In this document: positions 31,038-41,023 of the stretch, one piece after another
Layout of the letters: the number at the start of each line of letters is the position of its first letter
How positions within the stretch are numbered: position 1 is the stretch's first letter
Assembly (NCBI GenBank): GCA_964370575.1
Contig: CAYJJT010000001.1
Span: forward strand, 1,192-60,988
Direction of reading: 5' to 3'
Source: an uncultured Muribaculaceae bacterium
GTDB taxonomy: Bacteria; Bacillota_I; Bacilli_A; RF39; UBA660
DNA length: 59,797 nt
Program-made: the position numbers and the translations under genes
Notes under the pieces: model-generated
What the model was told of the DNA's origin: nothing
Database searches by the model: none
What the model saw: only the letters and a program-made list of their open reading frames with translations

Positions 31038-31684
31038 TATTCAATTCCTTTCATAATATTTACTCCATGTGAAGTACCTATTCTCTCTACTCCTAATGTT
31101 ATGAATTTAATCGCATCATTATAAGTTTTTATTTCACCACTTGCTTTAATTTCTAACACTTCATTTTTATGTGCATTAATAATATCTATATCTTTAGTAC
31201 TAACTCCTCTGTTACCATACCCAGTAGAAGTTTTAACAAAGTTAATAAAAGTTAAATTACAAGCAATAACTGCTTCCATTATTTCTTCTTCAGTCAATAC
31301 ACTAGTTTCAATAATTACTTTAAGTATTTTACCTTTAATAGCATCTCTAACGCTTGTAATTTCTTCTACAATATAATCATAGCTCTTTTCTTTTAAAGCT
31401 CCAATATTGATAACCATATCAATTTCATCTGCTCCATTTTCAACAGCTTCTTTAGCTTCATATACTTTAACTCCAATTGTACTATTTCCAAAGGGAAAAC
31501 CTACAGTAGTACATACAGCAACACTACTTTCTTTTAATTCACTACTTGCCATTTCTACAAAACTAGGTGGAATAACCACACTAGCAAAATGATTTTCTTT
31601 AGCTTCACTACATACTCTTTTAACATCTTCACTAGTTACTGTAAATCCTAAAATTGTATGATCGATATAATTTTCTATGTTCAT
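31037..31684 (-). CDS. deoC: Deoxyribose-phosphate aldolase
   Basis: IDHTIL, VGFPFG, EIDMVINIG, KVIIET and FVKTSTGY (Schiff-base Lys). Confidence 0.9.
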   Translation of the reverse strand: MNIENYIDHTILGFTVTSEDVKRVCSEAKENHFASVVIPPSFVEMASSELKESSVAVCTTVGFPFGNSTIGVKVYEAKEAVENGADEIDMVINIGALKEKSYDYIVEEITSVRDAIKGKILKVIIETSVLTEEEIMEAVIACNLTFINFVKTSTGYGNRGVSTKDIDIINAHKNEVLEIKASGEIKTYNDAIKFITLGVERIGTSHGVNIMKGIE

Positions 31685-31689
31685 AATTT

Positions 31690-31880
31690 TCCTCCTAATA
31701 AAAAAAATACTTATAAATATAAAGACGCAATAATATCACGCGGTACCACTTTATTTCATAAATACTTATGCACTTAATTCTTAACGCGAATAACGATTTA
31801 ACTCAAAATATGTAATTGATAATATAATCTTGATAAACTTTCACCAACCGTTTATTCTCTAATTACTAACTATATTACTA
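31690..31880 (-). promoter_or_regulatory. T-box leader, probable Tyr (UAC) specifier
   Basis: Read on the minus strand: AGAGA (31856-31860); stem ATAAAC/GTTTAT closing the distal loop GGTTGGTGAAA; candidate specifier TAC-A (31812-31814); F-box-like CGTTA; T-box AAAGTGGTACCGCG (31739-31752); then an AT-rich hairpin plus T8 before the deoC RBS. Confidence 0.75.
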
Positions 31881-31936
31881 AATTATTTATCACTGCTAAA
31901 TTATTTATTTATTGTACCACAATATATACTACAAAT

Positions 31937-32278
31937 CTATTTGTCTAGATTAACTTTATCTATTAAACTTTCTATTTTTTTACCATATTCTATTGACTCA
32001 TCATATACAAACTCTAATTGTGGAATATGTCTAATATCAACTCTATTAGTTAACTCTCTTCTAATAAAATTTTTAGCATCCTTTAAAGCTTTTAAAGTGC
32101 TTATTTTTTTACTTTCATCTAATACAGTTATATATACTTTTGCATAGCTTAAATCTGATGACAAATTAATTCCAGTTATAGATACAAATCTTATATCTTT
32201 ATTTTTAATTTCTGTCATTAAAATCATACCTATTTCTTTTTCTAAAGTACTGGCGATTCTCTCAATTTTTACATTCAT
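31937..32278 (-). CDS. rbfA: Ribosome-binding factor A
   Basis: The RbfA pattern (R..R....L..EI..I.........FVSITGINLSSDLSYAKVY). Start moved to the ATG after GAGGTGA. Confidence 0.9.
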   Translation of the reverse strand: MNVKIERIASTLEKEIGMILMTEIKNKDIRFVSITGINLSSDLSYAKVYITVLDESKKISTLKALKDAKNFIRRELTNRVDIRHIPQLEFVYDESIEYGKKIESLIDKVNLDK

Positions 32279-32416
32279 AAATTTCACCTCACTTATATTA
32301 TACAATAATTTTAAATTTATTTATATCAATTTATGTAAACTTTCATTATTTATTTTACAATATACTTACTCTTTATTAACTTATATGATAAAATTTAATA
32401 GAAAGTAGGTAAGATT

Positions 32417-33313
32417 ATGCTTAATAAAATGTTTTTTGTAAATGTATTAATACTATTAATAATTTCCTTTTATTCAGATTATGCTTTATATTTTGTAACA
32501 GCACAATTATTAGGAATAATATTATATATGATGTATAAATTTAACAATAAAAATAAAAAAAATATTAATATTGATGAATATAGTGAATTAGATAAAAAAC
32601 TATATCCTTTACTAGCAAGTTGTTTAACAGATGAAAAAGGTGTATATTACAATGATATTGTAGCAACTATAATTAATTTAATTCAAAAAGATTATATTGC
32701 TGTTGATATAAATAAATACTATGACAAGGAAGAATTAACTTTAAAAGTTAACCCTATTGGTGATCCAACAACTTTATCTGTTACTGAAAACAGTATTTAT
32801 AACTATATAATGCAAAGTAATGATAAAGTTAGTTTAAATAAATTTATGGATAAAATTAAAAATAATAGTGATGAATTACTTAGAACTAAAAGTTTAATGT
32901 CAAATCTAACTGCTAGACTTAGCAATATTTATTATGTTAATAACATCGCAATTTTTATGACTTTAGTATTTGCAATTGTAGAATTTTATTTATTCTCAAT
33001 GATTAATACTAATTATATTTTTATGATGATAATATTTACTCTAATAATTATTATTATATCATTAATAAAATTCAAAGCAGAACGTTTAGTATTTATAAAA
33101 GATAAATATTTAGATGAAAAAAATCAATGCGATGGTTTTAAAAACTATTTAAAATCATATTCTAAATTAAAAGAAAAAGATATAACAGAATCCAATAAAT
33201 TTAATTATTATTTTCCATATTTAATTGCTTTTAATTTATTAGATAATTTAGATTTAGATAAAGTTAATAGTAAATTAGTAAAAGTCTATAAGTACATTAT
33301 AAATAATAGTTAA
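32417..33313 (+). CDS. Hypothetical multi-pass membrane protein (DUF2207 C-terminal-like)
   Basis: Two N-terminal TMs, a soluble middle domain (DIVATIINLIQKDYIAVD) and two more TMs. The resemblance to DUF2207 is weak. Confidence 0.4.
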   Translation: MLNKMFFVNVLILLIISFYSDYALYFVTAQLLGIILYMMYKFNNKNKKNINIDEYSELDKKLYPLLASCLTDEKGVYYNDIVATIINLIQKDYIAVDINKYYDKEELTLKVNPIGDPTTLSVTENSIYNYIMQSNDKVSLNKFMDKIKNNSDELLRTKSLMSNLTARLSNIYYVNNIAIFMTLVFAIVEFYLFSMINTNYIFMMIIFTLIIIIISLIKFKAERLVFIKDKYLDEKNQCDGFKNYLKSYSKLKEKDITESNKFNYYFPYLIAFNLLDNLDLDKVNSKLVKVYKYIINNS

Positions 33314-33345
33314 AGAAAAAACATATATATAAATTATATGTTTTT

Positions 33346-33879
33346 TTAATATAAATGATTACCAACTTTATAATTTGTAGGAATTATCCCTTTTATACTC
33401 ATATCTATCCAACTATTTAAAGCACATTCAAATCGTGTTTCTGAAAACATAAAATTAACTATATTTTGATAATCAGGAAAATCACATTTATTCATGTTTA
33501 AATATTTAATTATATTTCTAGGATCTATATATATGTCTTTTTCTATTTGTAAGTAAATTGAATCTATTATTAGATTATAAACTATTTCTAAATCTTCACT
33601 AAAAGCTATATCTATATCATCACTAAAAATTATTTCTTCATTTAATGATACAGCATCTTTTCTTTTATAAATAGTAGCTAAAATCCAAGTTTTAGCAAAC
33701 TTCATTTTCTCTATAGTTATTAAATCAACAACTATTTCATCTGTTTCTTTATTTACTACTGTAACACTACCATCATTATTATATGCAATAAAATACTTCA
33801 TATAAGTATTTTCTAAAGATCTAAAGTTAAAATTAAATTTTTTATACAACTCACTAAATAATGGAATATCTTCTTTCAT
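33346..33879 (-). CDS. Hypothetical protein (177 aa)
   Basis: An ORF with RBS AGAGGTG. No recognisable motif. Confidence 0.45.
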   Translation of the reverse strand: MKEDIPLFSELYKKFNFNFRSLENTYMKYFIAYNNDGSVTVVNKETDEIVVDLITIEKMKFAKTWILATIYKRKDAVSLNEEIIFSDDIDIAFSEDLEIVYNLIIDSIYLQIEKDIYIDPRNIIKYLNMNKCDFPDYQNIVNFMFSETRFECALNSWIDMSIKGIIPTNYKVGNHLY

Positions 33880-33936
33880 ATAAACACCTCTAATCTTATT
33901 TTATCATATTTTTTTTATAAAATAAAAGTAGAAAGA

Positions 33937-36063
33937 TTATCTTTCTACTTCTACCATTTCATATGCTTCTATAACATCATTAACTTTTATATCAATAAAA
34001 TTCTCAATTGTTATACCACATTCTAAACCTTTTTTAACTTCTTTAACAGTATCTTTTTCTCTTTGAATAGAATTAATATTTCCACCAAAAATAACAATAC
34101 TATCACGAATAATACGAGCTTTGCTGTCACGTTTAATTATTCCATCAGTTACTTTAGATCCAGCAATAATACCAACTTTAGAAAATTTGAAAATTTGTCT
34201 AACTTCGGCACTACCAATTGTTTTTTCTTCAAATATTGGTTCTAACATACCTCTCATAGCAGCTTCCATTTCTTCTACAATTTTATAAATTATATTGTAA
34301 AGTCTGATTTCTACTCCATTATCTTTAGCGATATCTCTAATAGTGTTATTAGGTCTAACATTAAAACCTATTAATATAGCATTACTAGCTTTAGCAAGTA
34401 CAATATCCCCTTCAGTAATAGCTCCTACACCACTACGAATTACTTTAACACGTACATCTTCTACTTCTAATTTTTCTAAAGAATTTTTAACAGCTTCACT
34501 ACTACCATTAACATCTGTCTTAACTATAACATTAATTTCTTTTATTCCTTCTTGAATTTTAGAGAATAAATCATCTAATGTTACAGCACTTTTAGCTTTA
34601 TTTTCTTTTATTTTAGCTTGTTCTCTTCTTGTTTCTCCAATAGAACGACTTTCCTTTTCACTCTCAAATGCCATGAATTTATCACCAGCACTAGGTACAC
34701 CATTTATACCTGTAATCTCTACTGGCATACTTGGTTTAGCTTCAGTTATTTCTTGTCCTAAATCATTTCTAAGAGTTCTCACTTTACCATAATTAGTACC
34801 TACAACAATAGGATCACCTAGTCTTAATGTACCATTACTAATAAGCATTGTAGTAATAGGTCCAACTTGTTTATCAAGTCTTGCTTCTACTACAGTTCCT
34901 GAGGCATAACGATTTGGATTAGCTTTATAACTTTGCATTTCTGCGATTAAACTAATATTTTCTAAAAGTTCATCTACACCTGTACCATCAAATGCCACAA
35001 TTTTATTATATAGAGTTTCTCCACCCCATTCATCAGGTGTAAGACCTGCATCAGCAAGTTCTGTCATAATACGATCTGGATTAGCTCCTGGTTTATCCAT
35101 TTTATTAATTGCTACTATAATTGGAACTCCTGCAGCTTTAGCATGGTCTACAGCTTCACGTGTTTGAGGCATAACACCATCATCTGCTGCTACGATTATA
35201 ATTATAATATCAGTAATACTAGCTCCTCTAGCACGCATTTCAGTAAATGCTGCATGTCCAGGAGTATCAATGAAAGTTATCTCTTTACCATTATGCTTAA
35301 CTTGGTATGCACTAATAGCTTGAGTTATTCCTCCAGCTTCACCTGCTACTACATTAGACTTTCTAATTGTATCAAGTAATGTTGTTTTACCATGATCTAC
35401 ATGTCCCATAATTGTTACCACAGGAGCTCTTTCAATCAGATTATCTTCACTATCGTTAATTTCAAATTCTTCAAAATTAGTAACATCAGCTGTTTCTTCT
35501 TTTTTTAATTCTTTATTATAATCAACAACTAATATTTCAGCATTTTCAAATGTTAAAGAATTATTAATAGTACACATAATTCCAAGAGAAAATAATTTTT
35601 TAACTAACTCAGCCGCCGCTACATTTAATTCTTTTGCAAGTTCCCCGATAGTCATATTTTCTCTATATAAAACTACATCTTCCCTAACTTCAACTACATT
35701 ACTTTGTAACTTTTCTTTACTTTTATACATTTGTTTTTTCTTTTTTGCTAACTCTTTTTTAGTATTAGCTACTTTATTTTGTACATTATTCTTTTTAGGT
35801 TTATCTTTCACATTAGTAGATTGTAAAACAATAGCTTCCTCTTCTTCTAACTCTTCATCATCAACATCAATAATATCAGATGTTTCTAATTCATCATTAT
35901 CAACTAATTCTACATTAGCAATAGCACTATCTAATAAAGTTATCCCTTCATCGTCTAACATATCGTCTTCACTATTAACTGAAATATTAAGAGTACTACA
36001 CATCTTTAATATTTCTTCTACCGTCTTATTTACATCTTGTGCATATTCTAATACACTCATCAT
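33937..36063 (-). CDS. infB: Translation initiation factor IF-2
   Basis: G domain ([21 protein letters not shown]). Start set at ATG 36063, since the ORF-track GTG lies inside the RBS GAAGGTGAT. Confidence 0.97.
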   Translation of the reverse strand: MMSVLEYAQDVNKTVEEILKMCSTLNISVNSEDDMLDDEGITLLDSAIANVELVDNDELETSDIIDVDDEELEEEEAIVLQSTNVKDKPKKNNVQNKVANTKKELAKKKKQMYKSKEKLQSNVVEVREDVVLYRENMTIGELAKELNVAAAELVKKLFSLGIMCTINNSLTFENAEILVVDYNKELKKEETADVTNFEEFEINDSEDNLIERAPVVTIMGHVDHGKTTLLDTIRKSNVVAGEAGGITQAISAYQVKHNGKEITFIDTPGHAAFTEMRARGASITDIIIIIVAADDGVMPQTREAVDHAKAAGVPIIVAINKMDKPGANPDRIMTELADAGLTPDEWGGETLYNKIVAFDGTGVDELLENISLIAEMQSYKANPNRYASGTVVEARLDKQVGPITTMLISNGTLRLGDPIVVGTNYGKVRTLRNDLGQEITEAKPSMPVEITGINGVPSAGDKFMAFESEKESRSIGETRREQAKIKENKAKSAVTLDDLFSKIQEGIKEINVIVKTDVNGSSEAVKNSLEKLEVEDVRVKVIRSGVGAITEGDIVLAKASNAILIGFNVRPNNTIRDIAKDNGVEIRLYNIIYKIVEEMEAAMRGMLEPIFEEKTIGSAEVRQIFKFSKVGIIAGSKVTDGIIKRDSKARIIRDSIVIFGGNINSIQREKDTVKEVKKGLECGITIENFIDIKVNDVIEAYEMVEVER

Positions 36064-36081
36064 AAATATCACCTTCTCTTT

Positions 36082-36342
36082 CTATTTTAATAATGTTTTT
36101 AATTCTTCAAATACACTATTTGGTATTTCTACATCTAAATGTCTACTTAATATCTTAGACTTAATTGCTTTTTCAATAACACTTATATCTTTCTTTAAAT
36201 AGGCACCACGACCATTCGCTCTATTTGTCTCATCAATAATTACTGTTCCCTCTGGAGTTCTAACTACTCTAATTAATTCACCTTTAGGATATTTCTCACG
36301 TGTTATAACACATGTTCTCATAGGAATCTTTTTCTCTTTCAT
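36082..36342 (-). CDS. ylxR: YlxR/RnpM family (DUF448) RNA-binding protein
   Basis: PMRTCVITREKYPKGELIRVV...GRGAYL, located between nusA and infB. Confidence 0.9.
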   Translation of the reverse strand: MKEKKIPMRTCVITREKYPKGELIRVVRTPEGTVIIDETNRANGRGAYLKKDISVIEKAIKSKILSRHLDVEIPNSVFEELKTLLK

Positions 36343-36350
36343 AAATCCTC

Positions 36351-37568
36351 CTAATAATCAGTACTTTGTCTAATATTTATACCTAAACTACTTGCTTCTT
36401 CATAGTTTTTAATATCTAATTTGTGTTGAGTTAAACGACTCGCTAAACGAACATTCAATCCTTTTTTACCAAGTGCTTTACTTAAATTTTCTTGATCACA
36501 AATAACCATTGCTTCACGAGTTTTAGGATCCATAATAACTACATTAATGTTTTTAGCTGGACTAAGAGCATTTTCTATAAATTTAGTTATTTCACTATCA
36601 TATGGAATTACATCTATTTTTTCACCATTTAATTCTTTAATAATATTATTAATTCTTGAACCATTTTGACCAATACAAGCTCCTACTGGATCAATAGCAC
36701 TAATTTCAGTAGAAACAGCAATTTTAGTTCTAACTCCAGCTTCACGAGCAACAGTATGAATTAATATAGACCCATCGTTAATTTCTGGGATTTCAATTTC
36801 AAACAATCTTTTAACAAAACCATAATGAGTTCTTGATAATAAAATTAATGGTCCTTTACCGGCAGTATCTACTTTAGCAATATATACTTTTATACTTGAA
36901 CCCATTTTTATATTTTCACCTGGAATAACTTCTGTTTTAGGTAAAATTCCTTGAGTTCTTCCTAAATCAATATAATAATTACGAACATCTTCCATTGCTA
37001 CACTACCAATAACCATTTCACCTTCAGCTTCACTATATTCTTCCATAATAATGTTTCTCTCAGCCTCACGCATTTTTTGAACTATAACTTGTTTAGCAGT
37101 ACTTGCTGCTACACGTCCAAAATCTTTAGGAGTTACTTCATCTTCAATAGTTTCTCCTATTTCAATATCACTAACTAATTTGCGAGCTTGGTCAAGTGTT
37201 AAATGTATTCTTTCATCAAACATAATTTCTTTAGGTTCAACCAACTTTTCCTCTTCAGGTATTTCTTCACCTTCTTCAATTTTAGTTAATTGTTCATCTA
37301 ATAAATCTCCAAATTCATCATAAAACGCATCTATCTCTTCACCATTTACTAATCCAGCTTCATCTGGATCTTTAACAACTGTTTTAAATGAAAATAATTT
37401 AAATTCATTTGTATCTGGATCTCTTTCAACACGCACATTTGATAAATGATTATTTTTTTTATAGGCACTAGCTAATGCTAATTCCATTGCTTCATACACA
37501 GTTTCTTTATCAATACCTTTATCTTTATTTAAAATTTCAAGCGCTTTATCGAATGCTTTAGTATCCAT
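36351..37568 (-). CDS. nusA: Transcription termination/antitermination factor NusA
   Basis: N-terminal domain, S1 and two KH domains (GACIGQNGSRI, ALGKKGLNVRLA). ATG 37568 follows GGGAAG. Confidence 0.95.
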   Translation of the reverse strand: MDTKAFDKALEILNKDKGIDKETVYEAMELALASAYKKNNHLSNVRVERDPDTNEFKLFSFKTVVKDPDEAGLVNGEEIDAFYDEFGDLLDEQLTKIEEGEEIPEEEKLVEPKEIMFDERIHLTLDQARKLVSDIEIGETIEDEVTPKDFGRVAASTAKQVIVQKMREAERNIIMEEYSEAEGEMVIGSVAMEDVRNYYIDLGRTQGILPKTEVIPGENIKMGSSIKVYIAKVDTAGKGPLILLSRTHYGFVKRLFEIEIPEINDGSILIHTVAREAGVRTKIAVSTEISAIDPVGACIGQNGSRINNIIKELNGEKIDVIPYDSEITKFIENALSPAKNINVVIMDPKTREAMVICDQENLSKALGKKGLNVRLASRLTQHKLDIKNYEEASSLGINIRQSTDY

Positions 37569-37569
37569 A

Positions 37570-37827
37570 TTACTCACTTCCCTTCAATTTAGAACAAACA
37601 TCTAATATATAATTATCTTCAATCGGATCCTTTTCATCTAATATCGGATTGATAAGTTTACTAACTACGACACAGTCATCTACAGTTATAACTCCTTCTT
37701 TATCAATTATAACTCGAAGAAAGTAAATACCATCTTCTTTAACATATTCAATTTCATCAACAATATAACCATTTTCAGTAATTACTGGGACAATCATTGG
37801 TTTAACAATTTCTACATATTTATGCAT
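37570..37827 (-). CDS. rimP: Ribosome maturation factor RimP, N-terminal domain only (85 aa)
   Basis: Carries the RimP N-domain pattern (GYIVDEIEYVKEDGIYFLRVIIDKEGVITVDDC..VSKLINPILDEKDPI.DNYILDV) but stops where the SSPG and Sm-like C-domain would begin. Confidence 0.7.
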   Translation of the reverse strand: MHKYVEIVKPMIVPVITENGYIVDEIEYVKEDGIYFLRVIIDKEGVITVDDCVVVSKLINPILDEKDPIEDNYILDVCSKLKGSE

Positions 37828-37860
37828 AATATACCTCTTTCTACATTAAAGTCTAAATTA

Positions 37861-37882
37861 AAGAGCGGGGGTGCCCACTCTT
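37861..37882 (-). promoter_or_regulatory. GC-rich stem-loop in the rimP-nusA 5' leader (attenuator or stabiliser candidate)
   Basis: Minus strand reads AAGAGUGGG-CACC-CCCGCUCUU (9 bp including one G-U) followed by UAAUUUAGACUUUA. It lies between an extended -10 (TGATATAAT, 37901-37909) and the rimP RBS. Confidence 0.5.
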
Positions 37883-37975
37883 CCTTTAAAATCTATTTAT
37901 ATTATATCATAAAATTGTATTATTTTAACAATAAAATTAATATTTTTGATATAATAAGTACTGGAGATGATAAAA

Positions 37976-38686
37976 ATGAAACACATGAATATAATTAAAA
38001 ATATTTTAAAAGGAATTGTTGCGATATTTTTATACTTTTTTCTTACTATAATTCAAGGATTACCACTTGCTTTAGTTGGAATTGACGCTAATGAATTACC
38101 TAGTTTTGTACTAACTATCTATTTATTATTGTGGCAAGTATTGATATGTTTATCAATAGGATTATTATTTAAAGATGAATTTATTAAAAGTTATAAAGAT
38201 TTAAAGAAAAATCATTCTACTTATTTTAAAAAATATTTAAAATATTGGTTTATATTGTTAATAATTATGATGACTAGTAATATTATAATAAGTTTAATTA
38301 CTAATAATATGGATGGAGCTAAAAATCAGCAAACTATAGTTGAAACATTTACTAAGTATCCAATATATATGTACTTTGCTGCAGTTGTATTTGCACCCAT
38401 TATAGAAGAATTAGTTTTTAGATTCGCATTACGTAAAATTATTTTTAAATTAGATATATTATATATATTACTATCTGGATTGTTCTTTGGATATATGCAT
38501 GTTGCTGGAAGTACTACATGGCAAGAATTTATATATATAATACCATATGCTGTACCTGGAGTTATTTTTGCATATGTATATACAAAATGTAATAATATAT
38601 TTGTACCAATTTGTTTACATTTTCTACATAATGGTGTACTAATGGCATTACAAACTTTACTTTTTATTACTGGTAGTTTAAGTTAA
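37976..38686 (+). CDS. CPBP family intramembrane glutamic endopeptidase (CAAX/Abi)
   Basis: Multi-TM protein with motifs EELVFRFALR, FGYMH and HFLHN. Confidence 0.85.
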   Translation: MKHMNIIKNILKGIVAIFLYFFLTIIQGLPLALVGIDANELPSFVLTIYLLLWQVLICLSIGLLFKDEFIKSYKDLKKNHSTYFKKYLKYWFILLIIMMTSNIIISLITNNMDGAKNQQTIVETFTKYPIYMYFAAVVFAPIIEELVFRFALRKIIFKLDILYILLSGLFFGYMHVAGSTTWQEFIYIIPYAVPGVIFAYVYTKCNNIFVPICLHFLHNGVLMALQTLLFITGSLS

Positions 38687-38749
38687 AAGATGAGATTCAT
38701 CTTTTTTATTTTATATGATTATGTTAAAATTAAACTAGCGAGGTATAAT

Positions 38750-39664
38750 ATGAAACATACAGTAGATATCAATAATGAAATAAAGAAATCTAGTTTTAAA
38801 AGTAAATTAATTAAATTTTTAATAGTTTTAATAATATTAATAGTTTTAATATTTTATTATGCTACTAACATAAGTATTAAAAAATTAGAAGTACATGAAA
38901 TATTAATAACTAACGAAAACATTCCTGAATCTTTTGATGGAAATAAAATAATTCAAATATCTGATATCCACTATAATACTACTAATAGTAAAGTTGAAGT
39001 AGAAAAAATGGTTGAAGAAATTAATAAGTTAAAACCAGATTTAGTAGTTTTTACAGGCGATTTACTTGATAGTAGCATTACTTATAAAAATAGTGATTTT
39101 GATGAATTAACAAGCATATTAAATAAAATTGAAGCTAAACTAGGTAAGTATGCTATTAAAGGGGAAGAAGATCTTTTATTTACTGAATGGGAAACTATTA
39201 TTAAAAATAGTGGATTTATAAATATCAGCGATACATACGAACTTATATATAATGAATCACTTACTCCAATTTTATTAACTGGAATGAGTAGTAATTTAAA
39301 TTCTGATATTAAAGCAAGTACTAAACTTGCTAGTGTAGAAGCTTACTTAAATACTATTAAAGAGAATACAAGCAATACTATTCCTACTTACAATATATTA
39401 ATTATGCATGAACCAGATTATATAGATGATATCAATTATAGTAATTTTAATATAGTTATGGCTGGACATAGTCATGGAGGATATATTAATATAAATAGTA
39501 TAAGTGGTTTATTTTCTAAGAATGGTAGTGAAAAATATAATTATGGTTTATATGAGTTAGATAATACAAGTTTATATGTTTCTAATGGGATTGGTAATAG
39601 TGATCATAATTTTAGATTATTTAATACTCCTAGTATAAACTTATATAGATTAAATATTGAATAA
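38750..39664 (+). CDS. Membrane-anchored metallophosphoesterase (YkuE/YaeI-like)
   Basis: SDIHY, GDLLD and GHSHGG motifs. Start is at ATG 38750 after GCGAGG. The ORF-track start at 38690 lies inside the upstream terminator hairpin aaagatga-gat-tcatcttt. Confidence 0.8.
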   Translation: MKHTVDINNEIKKSSFKSKLIKFLIVLIILIVLIFYYATNISIKKLEVHEILITNENIPESFDGNKIIQISDIHYNTTNSKVEVEKMVEEINKLKPDLVVFTGDLLDSSITYKNSDFDELTSILNKIEAKLGKYAIKGEEDLLFTEWETIIKNSGFINISDTYELIYNESLTPILLTGMSSNLNSDIKASTKLASVEAYLNTIKENTSNTIPTYNILIMHEPDYIDDINYSNFNIVMAGHSHGGYININSISGLFSKNGSEKYNYGLYELDNTSLYVSNGIGNSDHNFRLFNTPSINLYRLNIE

Positions 39665-39678
39665 TTACGAACATATAT

Positions 39679-39710
39679 AAAAGCAGATAATTTATTATTA
39701 TCTGCTTTTT
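39679..39710. terminator. Bidirectional intrinsic terminator
   Basis: Hairpin aagcagataa-tttatta-ttatctgctt, flanked by an A-run and a T-run, between convergent genes. Confidence 0.7.
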
Positions 39711-40446
39711 AGTTTAATAATTTATTATTGTAAATATCTTCTTGGTAATTACTTATTGTATCTACAACTTTATCTTTAATATTAATTATAGAATCACAAT
39801 GAAAATTTTTCAACTCTTTTAAAGCTAAATTAAGTGTACTATTTATAATACCTCTATGTTCATCAACTATCTTCTTTACATCCATATATATTGCTATATT
39901 AGAATGTAGTTTATATTGAGTAGATAATTCATAAACTAAAGTATCATAATAATCACGTACTTCTAATATTTTAATATCATGATTATTAACACTATTTTCA
40001 TATAAATTTGTAATAGTGCTTAATCTAACCATACAATCTTGATAATTGTCTAAAGCTAAATAAGCTTTAATTTTTTCATTAAATATTTTAGTAACATCTT
40101 TTAATACTTCAAACTCATTTTTAAAAGCAATATTACTTTTAGCTTTATGTTCATCTAAAACATTATCTGTAACTAAGTTATATAATAAATCATAGCTAGC
40201 AGTATCATTTACTTCATTTATTTTATCATTTAATGATTTAGACAAATCTTTTAATATATTACTAGTATTCACATTATTTTTACTTAATATTAATTGGATA
40301 TTTATTTTAAGTTTTTCATTTAAATTATTAAACAACTCATCTACTAACATTAAAGTATTAGGATCTATATTATTAAGTGGATTATTTTTATTATCTTCAA
40401 AAAAAATAGTGTCATCATCAATTAATATATCTGTCTCAGTTGCCAT
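39709..40446 (-). CDS. Hypothetical Asn/Lys-rich helical protein (245 aa)
   Basis: An ORF with RBS AGGGGTG. No TM or signal peptide, and no recognisable motif. Confidence 0.45.
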   Translation of the reverse strand: MATETDILIDDDTIFFEDNKNNPLNNIDPNTLMLVDELFNNLNEKLKINIQLILSKNNVNTSNILKDLSKSLNDKINEVNDTASYDLLYNLVTDNVLDEHKAKSNIAFKNEFEVLKDVTKIFNEKIKAYLALDNYQDCMVRLSTITNLYENSVNNHDIKILEVRDYYDTLVYELSTQYKLHSNIAIYMDVKKIVDEHRGIINSTLNLALKELKNFHCDSIINIKDKVVDTISNYQEDIYNNKLLN

Positions 40447-40494
40447 CTTGATTACACCCCTTTTATTATTCTAAATTCTATTATAGCATATTTA

Positions 40495-40965
40495 TTACAC
40501 TAATTCTATAATTTCAAATAATAAATCAATAACCAAGTTTGCTACTAATAACTTTTCTAGTTCTCTATTTCCTAACGCTAAACTTACAGTTTTATAAAAT
40601 GACTTATTACTTACTCTATCATATACACATATATAAGTAATTCCACCTTCTACACCTAATTGACCAGTAATTCCAACTCCAATATCACTTTTAGCGTTTA
40701 AAGAAGCGTTTAAAGCCATATCTAATGACACTTCTTTACTATAGACAGTATACTTATCAATTAGTTCACTACTTACACCTAAATCTATCTTTGACTGACT
40801 ACTATAAGTCACAAATCCATAATTAAAAATATTACTACTACCTTCAATATTAGTTATAATGTTACTAACATATCCTCCAGTACATGACTCCATTACTGCA
40901 ATAGTCTTATTTTTATTTAAAAACCATCTATATACTAACTCTAACTTCTCTTTATTTAATTTCAT
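40495..40965 (-). CDS. pncC: CinA C-terminal domain protein / nicotinamide-nucleotide amidohydrolase
   Basis: AVMESCTGG, and a GVGITG-type motif (IGVGITGQLG). Confidence 0.75.
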   Translation of the reverse strand: MKLNKEKLELVYRWFLNKNKTIAVMESCTGGYVSNIITNIEGSSNIFNYGFVTYSSQSKIDLGVSSELIDKYTVYSKEVSLDMALNASLNAKSDIGVGITGQLGVEGGITYICVYDRVSNKSFYKTVSLALGNRELEKLLVANLVIDLLFEIIELV

Positions 40966-40988
40966 ATCATCACCATCTAAATTATATC

Positions 40989-41023
40989 ATAAAAAAAGAA
41001 AACTATAAGTTTTCTTTTAATAT
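40989..41023. repeat. 35-bp direct repeat, copy A (duplicate of the pflA 3' end and terminator)
   Basis: ataaaaaaagaaaactataagttttcttttaatat is identical to 42482-42516. It contains the hairpin gaaaact-ataa-gttttc. Confidence 0.9.

Noticed and set aside
38690-38749. N-terminal extension of the metallophosphoesterase (ORF-track start 38690), and likewise the TTG start of gene B at 26279.
   Set aside because: These extensions overlap the upstream terminator hairpin or promoter and lack an RBS, whereas the internal ATG codons have good Shine-Dalgarno sequences.
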